A DNA stretch of 64,000 bases from a virus: positions 1-64,000 of IMG/VR virus record IMGVR_UViG_3300047322_000556; one strand, 5' to 3'. Shown piece after piece: positions 29,023-39,187 of the stretch (position 1 is the first letter of the stretch; every line of letters starts with the position of its first letter). The position numbers were made by a program, and so were the translations under genes. Under the pieces are notes generated by a model that saw nothing but the letters and a program-made list of their open reading frames with translations, had not been told where the DNA came from and did no database searches.

Positions 29023-32000
29023 GTGACTGCTCGCATCATTTTCTTCGTCAATCCCGAGATTGACTTGCTCAAGGCCACTTTCAAGAAAGAAATGTGGATT
29101 CCGGGCTATACGAAACACGACGGCACTTCCGTCGAAGGCCATTACAAGCACGTCAACGTCGCCGACGATCACGACGATGCGAAGGTGCTGAGCGGCAACG
29201 GTTCCGCGACGCAGAAGGACGCGCACAAGCTGCTCACGAAGCACGGCTTTTACGGGCTGCCGCAAGAGCATCATCTGCCGGTGCTGCTCGCGCACGCGAC
29301 CGATATGCAGGACGCCGCCGGTATCCGCGCGCGCGCCGCGAAGTTCCGCGTCGCCATTCTCGGCGGCGCAATGCCGATTCCCTCTCAGACGAAAGCGTAT
29401 CTGCTGCTCGACGCGGACAAGCAGGCGAAGTACAAAGCCGAGTTCGAAAAGGCGGGCAAGCTCGATCTGTTCGAACAGGCGATCGCCGAAGGCAAGGCCG
29501 CGCCGGACGAACCGGGCGAAGCGCCGCAGAAGCCCGCAGAAGCCGCCGCCGCGCCCGCGCCCGAAGCGGTGCAGCCGGAAGCGCCAGCGAGCGCGCCCGA
29601 GGCCGCGCAGGAGCCCGCATTCAAGCCGCTCGATCACGGCGAGCTGAACATTCCCGGCAAGACGAAGAACATCGACGCCGAGCTCGACAAGTACAAAAAG
29701 CAGCAGGCCGCCGACGCGAAGGCGAAGGCAAAAACCGCCAGCGCCGAGAAGAAGGAAAACAAGGCGAAGGCGAAGGCGCTTTTTGACGAGTACATCGACG
29801 CGATCAAGGCCAAGCATGGCGCGAAGTACGGCGCGAAGGAAGTCGAGAACATGCTCGACGGTTGGGTGAAGTGGGAGCCGAAGAAGGCGATCCAGTTCAT
29901 CGAGCAATTCGTGAAAGAACAGGGTGCCACCTATGAGGCTGCGGCGCCTGAAGTTGCGCCCGAGCCGACGCCAGTGCAGCAGGCCGCGCCGAAGAGCGAC
30001 GAGGCGAAGGAAAAAGCCGAGAAGCTCACGTCGATGGTGGCCGATCTCAAGGGCATGGAGTTCCCTGCAATGGACGAGCTCGCGGACTCGCTGCCGGGCA
30101 AGGCGTCGTGGTTCATGTCGGGCATCGCGCAGGCGAATGACGACTGGATCAAGGAAGGTCAGGCCGCGTGGGACGCGCTCGCGCCCGAGCAAAAAGCCGC
30201 GTCGCTGTCGCTGCTCGAAGCGTCGATCAAGCACGATGCGGAATACGACGCCAAGCACGCCGAGAAGCTGACCGATGACAAGCTCACGGCAGTCGCGCAC
30301 AAACTCTCGATTCTCAACGGGCTCAAGAAGCAGTGGCTTGTCCCTGCAATCACGAAAGAGACGATTGACGATGCGGCCGCCAATGGCGACGTTCAAACGC
30401 TTCAGCAGCTCGCGAGCATCTTCGAAGGCAAGGAACAGCTCGGCTCATTGAGCTACGTCAAGCAGGCGCTCGCGCAAGCGCAGGCCGGGAAGGAAGAGCC
30501 GAAAGCCGAAGTGCCCGCTGCCGCATCGAGCGAGCCGGTCAAGCCCGTTCTGCCGGGCAACGCGCACCATCTCTGGTTCGATGAGGTTGAGGAAGCATAC
30601 AAGGCCGGTGACGCCGAGAGTCTGGAGAATCTGGCGCATGCCTTCGGTGTCGATGACGAGGCGGCGGCTAAAGCGATCACAGGCTACGCGAAGGCGTGCA
30701 TCGCTGCGCTCGAAGCGAAGAGTGCGCCCACTGCGGCGTCGAGCGCGTCGGTCAAGCCGACTATGCCCGACTTCGGCGGCTCGCTCGTCTCTGGTGGCAT
30801 CGCGAAGAAGATTGCGGCCGAGATGGAGGCTGGCAACGTCCAAGGGCTTCAGGATCAGCTCTACATGATCGGCAATCCCAATCCGGGGTCGCAGTTTGCC
30901 ACGCTGAAGAAGTATGCCGAGGATGCGCTCGCCTATGTGAATGGCGGTGGCGCTGCTGCCGATGACGGCCCGAAAGAAGGCGACACGAAGGTTATCGACG
31001 GCGTCACCTATGAGCTCAAGGGCGGCCGCTGGCACAAGGTCGGCGGCGCTGAAACGGCGTCCGATACGGTCGGCATGCCGGTGTTTGCTGGCAAGACGAT
31101 CGAGTATTACAGCAAGGTCGCGGCGAAGCTCAAGGCGCTCTTCGACAAGGGCGATTGGGACGGCATTCAGAAGATGATGGACGGCGACGGCAAGACGTGG
31201 GCGGGCACGTCGCCGAATAGCAAGCTGCTGATCCAGTACGGCAAGGAATTGCTCGGCGCGCACGCCGCGCATGGTGACGCCGCGCCGGTCGAGCAAGCGG
31301 CGCCCGAGCCCGCGCTGCAAGCCGCGCCGGAACCGGACGCCGACGAGCCTGAAGCTGATCCGAGCAAGCCTGAGTCGATCGACGGCTGGCATCAAACCGG
31401 CGGCCAGAAGGGTTCGAACGCGGGCGGCGAATTCACGGACGAGCACGGCCAGAAGTGGTACTGCAAATTCCCGGCATCCGAGTCGCACACGAAAAACGAG
31501 ATGCTCGCGGCGAAGCTCTATGAGGCCGCAGGCATCGAAGTGCCGCATCTGAAGCTCGTCACGCAAGGCGGAAAGGTCGGCATCGCCTCGAAGATCATCG
31601 ACGGCGTCAAGAAGGATTCGTCGGCGCTCGCGGCCGGTGTGCCGGGCGTGGCCGATGGCTTCGCGGTCGATGCGTGGCTCGCGAATTGGGACGTCGTCGG
31701 CACTGGCTACGACAACATGCAGATCAAGCCGAACGGGCATGCTGTACGCCTCGACGTCGGCGGCTCGCTGCTGTATCGCGCGCAAGGCACGCCGAAGGGC
31801 GACGAGTTCGGCAACACGGTCGGCGAGCTCCAGACGCTCAAGAACGGCAAGAACGGCTATGCCGCGCACGCCTTCGGCAAGCTGACCGACGCGCAGATCG
31901 CGGAGTCGGCGAAAAAGGTGTCGGCGGTGTCGCCCGAGACGATCCAAAAGCTCGTCATGGAGTACGGGCCGGGCAGCCATGACGCGAAGCTGACGTTGGC

Positions 32001-33549
32001 GGCGAAGCTCATCGCGCGGCGCGAGGACGTGCTCAAGCAAACCGGCGCAAGCGCGCCGAAGCCGGGCATCGCGTCGGCTGTCGAAAAGCCCGCCGAGTCC
32101 GCTCCGCAACCGGCGGCGGCCGCGCCCGCACCGAGCGGCGAGCTGGCGATTCCGGAATTCGACGGGCCGAAGGCGGCCGGTTACGCGTCGGCCGCGAAAA
32201 AGCTCATGGAGACGGCGGCCGCGCAAGGCAACACGAAGCATCTGCACAAGCTCATGGGCGGCAAAAAGCATCTGCTCTACGGCCCGAGTCTGTACTCGCC
32301 GGGCAAGTACGTGAAGATCGCTACGATCATGGAGCCCGCCAAGACGCCGAACGGCGCGAAGCTGCTCGAATTCTGGCAGCAGCTCGAAGCGAAGTACGCA
32401 GGCCCGAACAAGAAGAAGTCGCCGCCGAAGGTCGTCGCCGCGAAGGAAACGAGCGCCGCGCCCGCTCCAGCGCAGGCTGCGCCCGCCGAGCCCGCGAAAC
32501 CCGATCTGCGCAATCTCGCGATCGACACGAACAAGTTGCCGAAGCTGACCGACTTCCACGGCGGCAACGGTGGCAGTGGCATTTCGAGCAAGGCGCACGT
32601 CAACGACGCGAACGCGAAGGATCAGAAGGACGTGCTCAACTTCGCGCTCAAGGGCGACTTGATCGCGCTGCGCAAGTACGAATACGAGGCGTTCGACAAG
32701 CAAACCGGCGCGTCGCTCGGCATGAAGCCGATCACGGATCACCCTTCGAAGCACGTCAAGGAATTTTGGGAGGCATGCTGCTCGACGCTGGAGTTGGTCG
32801 CATTCCCGCCCGCGCCGCTCAAGGCGTTCGATGAGCATGTATCCGATGACGTCAAGGCGCTCTCGGACTCGTTCAAGCCGCATCTGTACGGCAAGTCAGT
32901 CCACAATGTCGCGGCGAATGAGAAGCTCGGATTCTGGATCGCGCTCGGCGTCGAATCGGGCTGGAAGAAGTTCAAACCGCAGCAGATGCAAAACGCCGTC
33001 GATGTGCCGGGCATCAAAGAGAAGGGGCATGCTCTTTTCGCGAAGTACACTGCGAACGTGAAGCACTTCATCAAGAGCGTTCAGGCAACCGGGTCGTACA
33101 ATAATGCTTACCGTGAAGGTAAGGACGTCGATTCATACGGCAAGGCGACGCGCCCGATTCTTTATGATCTGTACGGTGCCGCTCAGACAAAGCCCGCCGG
33201 GACGACGATTACGAAGTGGATGTCAATGCCGGATGAGATGATCGATCAGTTCATGAGCGCGCCGGACGGGCTCGTGTTCCAGAATCCGGGCTCGATGTGC
33301 TGCTCGATGCACCCGACCGGCACGAAGGGCTTCGGCAGTAACAAGATGACGATCCACTACGCGCCGGGCGCGAAGGCGATCGATACCTTCGGCTCTGGCG
33401 GTTTCGCGGGCGAGATGGAAATTACGACGTTGCCGGGCACGCGGTTCATGGTGCTGAGCAAGAAGAAAACTTCGGACGGCAATCTGCATCTCGAAGTGCT
33501 TATGCTCCCGCCGGACCAGACGTATATCGACAACATTCTGACTAAGTGA
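29023..33549 (+). CDS. Large polyvalent protein: HipA/PI3K-like kinase domain + C-terminal ADP-ribosyltransferase-like domain
   Basis: Kinase region ~31380-32040: 'GSNAGG..WYCK..NE.LA..LY..AG..VP..FAVDAWLANWDVVG..DN..RLDVGGSL'. C-terminal 'GEMEITTLPGTRFMV' ExE motif. Confidence 0.7.
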   Translation: MTARIIFFVNPEIDLLKATFKKEMWIPGYTKHDGTSVEGHYKHVNVADDHDDAKVLSGNGSATQKDAHKLLTKHGFYGLPQEHHLPVLLAHATDMQDAAGIRARAAKFRVAILGGAMPIPSQTKAYLLLDADKQAKYKAEFEKAGKLDLFEQAIAEGKAAPDEPGEAPQKPAEAAAAPAPEAVQPEAPASAPEAAQEPAFKPLDHGELNIPGKTKNIDAELDKYKKQQAADAKAKAKTASAEKKENKAKAKALFDEYIDAIKAKHGAKYGAKEVENMLDGWVKWEPKKAIQFIEQFVKEQGATYEAAAPEVAPEPTPVQQAAPKSDEAKEKAEKLTSMVADLKGMEFPAMDELADSLPGKASWFMSGIAQANDDWIKEGQAAWDALAPEQKAASLSLLEASIKHDAEYDAKHAEKLTDDKLTAVAHKLSILNGLKKQWLVPAITKETIDDAAANGDVQTLQQLASIFEGKEQLGSLSYVKQALAQAQAGKEEPKAEVPAAASSEPVKPVLPGNAHHLWFDEVEEAYKAGDAESLENLAHAFGVDDEAAAKAITGYAKACIAALEAKSAPTAASSASVKPTMPDFGGSLVSGGIAKKIAAEMEAGNVQGLQDQLYMIGNPNPGSQFATLKKYAEDALAYVNGGGAAADDGPKEGDTKVIDGVTYELKGGRWHKVGGAETASDTVGMPVFAGKTIEYYSKVAAKLKALFDKGDWDGIQKMMDGDGKTWAGTSPNSKLLIQYGKELLGAHAAHGDAAPVEQAAPEPALQAAPEPDADEPEADPSKPESIDGWHQTGGQKGSNAGGEFTDEHGQKWYCKFPASESHTKNEMLAAKLYEAAGIEVPHLKLVTQGGKVGIASKIIDGVKKDSSALAAGVPGVADGFAVDAWLANWDVVGTGYDNMQIKPNGHAVRLDVGGSLLYRAQGTPKGDEFGNTVGELQTLKNGKNGYAAHAFGKLTDAQIAESAKKVSAVSPETIQKLVMEYGPGSHDAKLTLAAKLIARREDVLKQTGASAPKPGIASAVEKPAESAPQPAAAAPAPSGELAIPEFDGPKAAGYASAAKKLMETAAAQGNTKHLHKLMGGKKHLLYGPSLYSPGKYVKIATIMEPAKTPNGAKLLEFWQQLEAKYAGPNKKKSPPKVVAAKETSAAPAPAQAAPAEPAKPDLRNLAIDTNKLPKLTDFHGGNGGSGISSKAHVNDANAKDQKDVLNFALKGDLIALRKYEYEAFDKQTGASLGMKPITDHPSKHVKEFWEACCSTLELVAFPPAPLKAFDEHVSDDVKALSDSFKPHLYGKSVHNVAANEKLGFWIALGVESGWKKFKPQQMQNAVDVPGIKEKGHALFAKYTANVKHFIKSVQATGSYNNAYREGKDVDSYGKATRPILYDLYGAAQTKPAGTTITKWMSMPDEMIDQFMSAPDGLVFQNPGSMCCSMHPTGTKGFGSNKMTIHYAPGAKAIDTFGSGGFAGEMEITTLPGTRFMVLSKKKTSDGNLHLEVLMLPPDQTYIDNILTK

Positions 33550-33557
33550 GGCAGCGA

Positions 33558-34010
33558 ATGAATCCGCTGGCAGGACTCAAATTCGACGGGGCGCCCGATG
33601 GGCGTCCGTCGCTTGGCGACTATGAGGTCGTCGATCGGCTCGTGACGGGTTTCGCGCAGGACGTGCTCAACGTGCGAAAGGACTTCCACGCGGGCAAGCC
33701 CGGCGGCGATAAGCCGGTCGAGCGCATCGAAGCGCTCGCGCAGCACTTCGGCGACATTTTCATGGGCCGCAACGACGCCTATCAGGCGCAGCCGTGGAAT
33801 AACCCGATTCGGCTCGGCTCGAAAATCCGCGTGCTGCTCAACGGCACGAGCGATCCGGACGAAGGCAAGTCGCTGTTCGTGTGGGTCGCGAGCAACGTCG
33901 TGCGATCGTCCGAGGCGGTCGAAAGCGGCAGCATGACGGACGAGGCAGCGGGCAAGAAGCTGCGCGAGGTTCTAGACAGCGTCGTCGCGATGCTGCTCGG
34001 TATTCGCTAA
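33558..34010 (+). CDS. Hypothetical protein directly downstream of the kinase/ART gene
   Basis: 150 aa. Alternative GTG start at 33546 overlaps the upstream stop. Confidence 0.6.
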   Translation: MNPLAGLKFDGAPDGRPSLGDYEVVDRLVTGFAQDVLNVRKDFHAGKPGGDKPVERIEALAQHFGDIFMGRNDAYQAQPWNNPIRLGSKIRVLLNGTSDPDEGKSLFVWVASNVVRSSEAVESGSMTDEAAGKKLREVLDSVVAMLLGIR

Positions 34011-34077
34011 AGAAATTTACCCAAAAGGTAAAACATGGGGTAAAGTGTAGCCACTAACACGAACAAAGGAAAAAACC

Positions 34078-34527
34078 ATGTGGCTCACCTTCTCTGACGC
34101 ATTCCTCTCCATCGTTTCGATTCCGGGCGACGCCGCGAACCTGAAGGTGCGCGCGCGCCGCAAGGGCGATATCGAGCGCATCTTCAAGCACTGCGGCGCG
34201 GCCGTGAAGGTCGAACGCACGCCGGGCCGTGACTATCTGTATCGCGCGGTGATTCCGCGTGACGTCGTCGGCGCGGTCGTGGCCGAGCACGTCGCGGGCA
34301 TCAGCTATCCGAATTTCAAGAACTCGGTGCGCGACGATCGTCTGCACACGGCATGCAATCGCGTGTGGCACGTCATGGCCGATCTGCAGGAGATTCCGCC
34401 GTATGCGCGCGATCGCCGCCGTGGTCTGTCGCTGTTCGATGAGGCGGATGAATCGACGGGCTTCGACCCGGTGCCGGTGGTGACGAAGCCGCCGGTCAAG
34501 CGCCGCGCGCCCGCACGCAAGTCGTGA
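34078..34527 (+). CDS. Conserved hypothetical phage protein
   Basis: 'MW..FLSIV..VRARR.GDI..F..DY.YRA..I.Y.NFK.SV'. AAGGA RBS and upstream operator. Confidence 0.65.
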   Translation: MWLTFSDAFLSIVSIPGDAANLKVRARRKGDIERIFKHCGAAVKVERTPGRDYLYRAVIPRDVVGAVVAEHVAGISYPNFKNSVRDDRLHTACNRVWHVMADLQEIPPYARDRRRGLSLFDEADESTGFDPVPVVTKPPVKRRAPARKS

Positions 34528-34561
34528 ATCGATACTGATCCCGCATAACTACAAGGCAATC

Positions 34562-35458
34562 ATGGGACTCATTCTCTTCCTCAAGTCGCACATTCCGGGC
34601 TACACCAAGAAGGACGGCACTTTCGTCAAGCCGCACGACGACAAGCGCCAGAAGGCCGCGCAGCCCGCGAAGTGGTCCGGCGCGAAGGCCGCCGAGCACG
34701 CGTATTTCGCCGGGGAAGAGAAGGGGCCGAAGGGCTGGCCGTATGCGTCGCAAAAGCCGATCGCCTCGAAGCCGAGCGAAGGCGCGAACGCGCATTGGCA
34801 TCCGAAGCTCGATGACAAGGGCAAACAGGTGCGCGTGCGCTATCCGCATAAGGCGACGGACACGGCGAGCATGCGTCATCCGGACGCGATCGCGACGTTC
34901 ACGCCGGGCATGGAAAGCATGCCGCACTCGCTCAACGGCGTGCCGTTCAAGGCGTGGATGAACGCGCCGACGACGACGGAAGAGTGGGCGAACGTCGCGG
35001 GTCAGGTCGATATCGAAGAGCCGCAAATGCAACTGCCCGCGAAAAAGACGGCGGCGTCAGGCGTGGTCATTGTCGAGCCGGACGGCCGTTACTGGCTCAT
35101 GGCGCCGACGAATCGCTTCGGTGGGTACCATCAAACCTTTCCGAAGGGCCAAGCCGAGCCCGAGCTCTCATTGCAGGCGAATGCCATCAAGGAAGCCTAC
35201 GAAGAGACGGGGCTCAAGGTCGAGATCCTCGGCTTTCTCGGCGACTTCGAAAAGACGACCAGCGTCGCGCGCTACTACATGGCGAAGCGCGTCGGCGGCA
35301 CGCCTGCTGATATGGGATGGGAAGCGCAGGCACTTTGCCTCGCGCCGACTGACAAGCTCTATTCGCTGCTCAACATGAGCGGCGATCACGCCGTCGCTGA
35401 GGCGCTCGGTGCGGGTCCGGCTCCAAAGCCCAAGGCCGCGCCCGGCAAGCTCTTCTGA
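34562..35458 (+). CDS. Nudix hydrolase with N-terminal leader
   Basis: Nudix box variant 'FPKGQAEPELSLQANAIKEAYEETGL'. Confidence 0.88.
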   Translation: MGLILFLKSHIPGYTKKDGTFVKPHDDKRQKAAQPAKWSGAKAAEHAYFAGEEKGPKGWPYASQKPIASKPSEGANAHWHPKLDDKGKQVRVRYPHKATDTASMRHPDAIATFTPGMESMPHSLNGVPFKAWMNAPTTTEEWANVAGQVDIEEPQMQLPAKKTAASGVVIVEPDGRYWLMAPTNRFGGYHQTFPKGQAEPELSLQANAIKEAYEETGLKVEILGFLGDFEKTTSVARYYMAKRVGGTPADMGWEAQALCLAPTDKLYSLLNMSGDHAVAEALGAGPAPKPKAAPGKLF

Positions 35459-35465
35459 TACACCG

Positions 35466-35489
35466 CGCCGCTCACTGAGCGGCGTTTTT
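35466..35489 (+). terminator. Rho-independent terminator
   Basis: CGCCGCTC-act-GAGCGGCG-TTTTT. Confidence 0.8.
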
Positions 35490-35517
35490 CATTGCGTCGT
35501 GACGCCACCGTGACGTC

Positions 35518-36936
35518 ATGGCCTATACCGTAACACTCCCGATCCTCCACGCCGGGCAGCAGCAGCTCATGCACGAGTCGCGCCGCTATAACACGGCGTC
35601 GTGCGGCCGCCGCTTCGGCAAGACGTTTCTCGCGCAAGAAGTGCTGCTCGATGGGCCGCGCCAGAAAGGCGCGCTCAACGGCTATCCCGTCGCGCTCTAC
35701 GCGCCGACGTATCAGACGATGCTCGAAAGCTGGCGCACGCTCTGTCGCACGCTCAAGGACGTCACTGACACGAAGAGCGAACAGAACAAGCGCATCGACT
35801 TGATAACCGGCGGCTCGGTCGAGTGCTACTCGCTCGATGATCCAGACGCCTCGCGGGGCCGCAAATTTGCCGTCGCCGTCATCGATGAGGCCGCGATGAT
35901 TAAGCGGCTCGAAGAGGCGTGGGAACAGACGATCCAGCCGCTTCTGCTCGACTTTCAGGGTGAGGCGTGGTTTTTCTCGACGCCCAAGGGCGACAACTAC
36001 TTCAAGAAGCTCTTCGACAAGGGCAACCCCGCCAATCCGAACCGCGATGACGAGTGGCAGAGCTGGCAGCTCCCGACGATCACGAACCCGCATATCAGCA
36101 AGCGCGACGTCGAGAAGATGAAAGAGGGGCTGCCGCGCCTCGTCGCACTTCAAGAATTCGACGCCCAATTTGTCAGTTTTGCCGGTACCTTCGTCAAGGC
36201 CGAGCATATCCGCGTCGGTCAGGCGCCGCGCGGCATGCGCCTGTATCAAGGCGTCGATCTGGCAATCTCGATGAAGCAAAACGCCGACTACACGGCGATT
36301 GTGACGGTCGGGGTGGACGATCAGGGGCGCGTGTGGATCGTGGACGCCGAGCGCCGCCGGGTGGGTTTCCGCGACGCGCTCTCGTTCATCAAAGAGAAGG
36401 CCGCCAGATACAAGCCGCAGGAAATCGCGATCGAAGCGGTCCAGTATCAGGCGGCCGTGGTCGAAGAGCTGCTGCGCTCGACGGATCTGCCAGTTCGGCA
36501 AGTCAAGCCGGATAAGGATAAATTCACGCGTGCGCAGGGGCTCATCACGCGCTACGAAAACGGGCTCGTGTGGCACAACGAGACGCTGCCGTCGTACTTT
36601 GTCGAGGAAATGCTCGCGTTCGGCCCGGACTGCGAACACGACGACTTGCTCGACGCGGCGGTCTACGCTTACGCGCTATGCGGCGACTTCGGGCGCACGC
36701 AGTTCATCCTGCCCGAGCATCAGGTGTATGAGTCGAAGATCGAGATCGTTCGCTCGATGCACGGTCTGCCGTCGCAGGTCGCGCAGATGGTCGATACGGG
36801 CATGGAGCAGCTCGCCGCAAAGCTCAACGGCGATGCCGGGACGTGCGGCGCGTGCTCGGCGTTCGATGGGCGAGGGTGTACGTTGCGCGGATTTTCGGTC
36901 AACCGTACTGATCCGGGGTGCGAGTTCTACGCGTGA
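35518..36936 (+). CDS. terL: Terminase large subunit
   Basis: 'GRRFGKT', 'VIDEAA', 'STPKG', RNase H-like 'GVDLA..ADYTA' and 'HDDLLDA'. Confidence 0.93.
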   Translation: MAYTVTLPILHAGQQQLMHESRRYNTASCGRRFGKTFLAQEVLLDGPRQKGALNGYPVALYAPTYQTMLESWRTLCRTLKDVTDTKSEQNKRIDLITGGSVECYSLDDPDASRGRKFAVAVIDEAAMIKRLEEAWEQTIQPLLLDFQGEAWFFSTPKGDNYFKKLFDKGNPANPNRDDEWQSWQLPTITNPHISKRDVEKMKEGLPRLVALQEFDAQFVSFAGTFVKAEHIRVGQAPRGMRLYQGVDLAISMKQNADYTAIVTVGVDDQGRVWIVDAERRRVGFRDALSFIKEKAARYKPQEIAIEAVQYQAAVVEELLRSTDLPVRQVKPDKDKFTRAQGLITRYENGLVWHNETLPSYFVEEMLAFGPDCEHDDLLDAAVYAYALCGDFGRTQFILPEHQVYESKIEIVRSMHGLPSQVAQMVDTGMEQLAAKLNGDAGTCGACSAFDGRGCTLRGFSVNRTDPGCEFYA

Positions 36937-37178
36937 AGAAAGGAGACAGTAAACGTCCGATTTTATCCGTATGATGGAATTTAATTGCTTAATACAAGCT
37001 ACGCAAACGGTCAACATTGCGGCGGGAATTTTTCGAAAAAAATGTTTCCGGTTGAAACAGTGGTTTTTCCCACAGTTCGCTTGTATTATCCACCCAACGG
37101 ATAAAGTTTCATACGAAATGACAAGGAACTTTTACCGCGCTCCCACTACGTCACAACCAGCACGCCCCGCTTAAAAAG

Positions 37179-37409
37179 ATGCCCCACGCACGCATGGATT
37201 CGCCTGAAGTCCTCAACGAAGAAGTCGAGCTGCTGCTCGGCGAAATGGAAGTCATGAAGGCGACGCACAAGGCGGAACTCTCCGCTACTAAAGCGATCGC
37301 GCGCCGTGAGGCGATCTCGGAAGTTCGTCGCCTGTTGCTGGAAGGTGACGGAAATCGCGACTCGATTCTGCTCGTGCTCGATGAATTGCAGAGCAAGGCC
37401 ATTCATTGA
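37179..37409 (+). CDS. Hypothetical protein
   Basis: 76-aa ORF after an AT-rich spacer. Confidence 0.45.
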   Translation: MPHARMDSPEVLNEEVELLLGEMEVMKATHKAELSATKAIARREAISEVRRLLLEGDGNRDSILLVLDELQSKAIH

Positions 37410-37493
37410 TGCGTCAAGTAAAGATTGCGAACGTCCGTTCGCGATTCGTCGGACGAAAAGCAGCGCCAAGTAAAATAAATTTTATCTCTGAGG

Positions 37494-37522
37494 TTGACAT
37501 TTATCCCGTTAGTGCCTAACAT
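37494..37522 (+). promoter_or_regulatory. sigma70 promoter with overlapping palindromic operator
   Basis: TTGACA-17bp-TAACAT, with GTTAGTGCCTAAC at 37508-37520. Confidence 0.75.
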
Positions 37523-37629
37523 TCAGTCTTGTGCAGTGCGGTAGACGCACAAGCGAGTGTTACCAGTCAAGGCGTTACGTTTTGAGGGTTTCCACTAACG
37601 CCGGGGAAATCGGTTTACCTGAGAGAGAT

Positions 37630-37968
37630 ATGGCAATCACGTTCAATACCCAAGTGTCACAGGTGCGCATCGACGCGATCCTCGAAGCGCTGTCGGAAGG
37701 CCCGATGACGACGATCCAGATCGCCGGGGCGGCCGACTGCTCGGAGACGACTGTGCGCCGCTATATCCCGTATCTGACGGGCGAAGTGAAGCTGGTTCGC
37801 GAATGCGCCTTCGTGGACGGCAAGCAGGCGTATGCGCTGCGCGACGGCTTCGAGATCGCGCCGCGCGTAACCGGTGGTCGCATCTATTCGCAGTTCGCGC
37901 GCCATGACGTGCCGCAGCCGGTCATCCGGCGCGATCCGATGGTCGCGGCGTTCTTCGGGGGTGTGTGA
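37630..37968 (+). CDS. wHTH DNA-binding protein
   Basis: 'ILEALSEGPMTTIQIA..CSETTVRRYI..L', C-terminal 'RDPMVAAFFG'. Confidence 0.65.
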   Translation: MAITFNTQVSQVRIDAILEALSEGPMTTIQIAGAADCSETTVRRYIPYLTGEVKLVRECAFVDGKQAYALRDGFEIAPRVTGGRIYSQFARHDVPQPVIRRDPMVAAFFGGV

Positions 37969-38089
37969 TGCGCGCGCTGCGTCTGGTGCTGTGGTCTGTG
38001 CGCGCCGCGCTCACCGCGCCGCTCATGCTGGTCGTGTGGATCGCGGCGAAGCTCGTGCGCACGCTTGCGCGCCTGCTCGGGAGTGCCGC

Positions 38090-38305
38090 ATGAAGCCTGC
38101 CGCCTTCCTTGTGACGTGGGCTAATGGCGAGCGCTCGCTGAAGTTCGCCGAGACGTTTGGACCGTATTTGCGCGCTGGCGCGATCTCGCGCGGCGCAGTG
38201 GTGACACCGCTCGGGGCTATCGACTATGTCGAGCCGAAGAGCCTGCCGCATCGAATTGAAGTCGGAATGGCCGATCCCTACGCGTTCTATCGGCCGACCG
38301 CGTAA
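38090..38305 (+). CDS. Hypothetical protein
   Basis: GGAG RBS, small ORF. Confidence 0.4.
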   Translation: MKPAAFLVTWANGERSLKFAETFGPYLRAGAISRGAVVTPLGAIDYVEPKSLPHRIEVGMADPYAFYRPTA

Positions 38306-38442
38306 CACTCGTTGGAGTTGGAAGTGAACGATCAAGTTTTTGTCGCGCTCGCCTGTCTCGTGGGCGCGGTGCCGGTGGTGTGGGTCGCGGCGCGCATGGT
38401 GTTGCGCGATGCGTCTGCAATTCGTTCGATGATGGAAACACA

Positions 38443-38886
38443 ATGAAAACAAAATTCAAGAAGGTTCATCCGCTCGCGGTCGCGCCGCTCTACGCGACGC
38501 CGGGCGCGGCATGCTTCGATCTGGTGGCAGTCGATCACGGCACGCAGCACAAGCGCGATTCGCTCGCGATCGTGTACCGAACCGGGCTCGCCTTCGAGAT
38601 TCCGGCGGGGCACGTCATGCTCGTCTACTCGCGCAGCGGCCACGGCTTCAATCAGGGCATCCGGCTCTCGAATTGCGTCGGCGTCATCGACTCGGACTAT
38701 CGCGGCGAAGTCATGGTCGCGCTGCGCGACGACGGCGCGCGTGGGGCAATGATTCCGATTCCGAAGGCGGGCGATCGCGTCGCGCAGGCGATGATCGTGC
38801 CGGTCGATCGCGTAGAATTCGAAGAGGCCGACGAGCTCAGTGAAACGGCGCGTGGTGCGGGAGGTTTCGGCTCGACGGGGAACTAG
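38443..38886 (+). CDS. dut: dUTPase (trimeric)
   Basis: 'ACFDL', 'SRSG', 'GVIDSDYRGE', 'RVAQ', 'RGAGGFGSTG'. Confidence 0.95.
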   Translation: MKTKFKKVHPLAVAPLYATPGAACFDLVAVDHGTQHKRDSLAIVYRTGLAFEIPAGHVMLVYSRSGHGFNQGIRLSNCVGVIDSDYRGEVMVALRDDGARGAMIPIPKAGDRVAQAMIVPVDRVEFEEADELSETARGAGGFGSTGN

Positions 38887-38888
38887 GG

Positions 38889-39113
38889 ATGATGATGGTC
38901 GAACGGGAAAGGGAGCGCGTGAGTGGCGCGGATCGCGTCGCGAAGCATCGTGACAAGGTGATACGGGAGGGCGGCAAGCGCACGACCGTCACGATACAGC
39001 CCGACGCGGTGCGAGCGTCCGACGAGCTGATCGAGCTCGGTTACGCGGACAATCTCACTGAAGCCATCAACAAGTCGCTGCTCGAAGCGCGACGAAAACA
39101 CCGCCAAGCCTGA
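38889..39113 (+). CDS. Small RHH-like DNA-binding protein
   Basis: 'ADRVAKHR....GGKRTTVTI'. Paralog of 47047-47247. Confidence 0.6.
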   Translation: MMMVERERERVSGADRVAKHRDKVIREGGKRTTVTIQPDAVRASDELIELGYADNLTEAINKSLLEARRKHRQA

Positions 39114-39117
39114 TCCA

Positions 39118-39141
39118 AAGCCCGCCGCGTGCGGGCTTTTT
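39118..39141 (+). terminator. Rho-independent terminator
   Basis: AAGCCCGC-cgcgt-GCGGGCTTTTT. Confidence 0.8.
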
Positions 39142-39187
39142 GCTATCCGGTCGTGACGCAAGGATTCCTCTATCAAGGAGGAATTCG

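Noticed and set aside
30445-32883. 812-aa antisense ORF and similar long shadow ORFs (e.g. 3454-5202, 39260-40813)
   Set aside because: Arg-rich mirror frames expected from high-GC codon bias opposite real genes.
36937-37178. AT-rich spacer with a TTATCCACC DnaA-box-like site as a third origin
   Set aside because: Only one near-consensus box and no iterons. More likely a promoter region.
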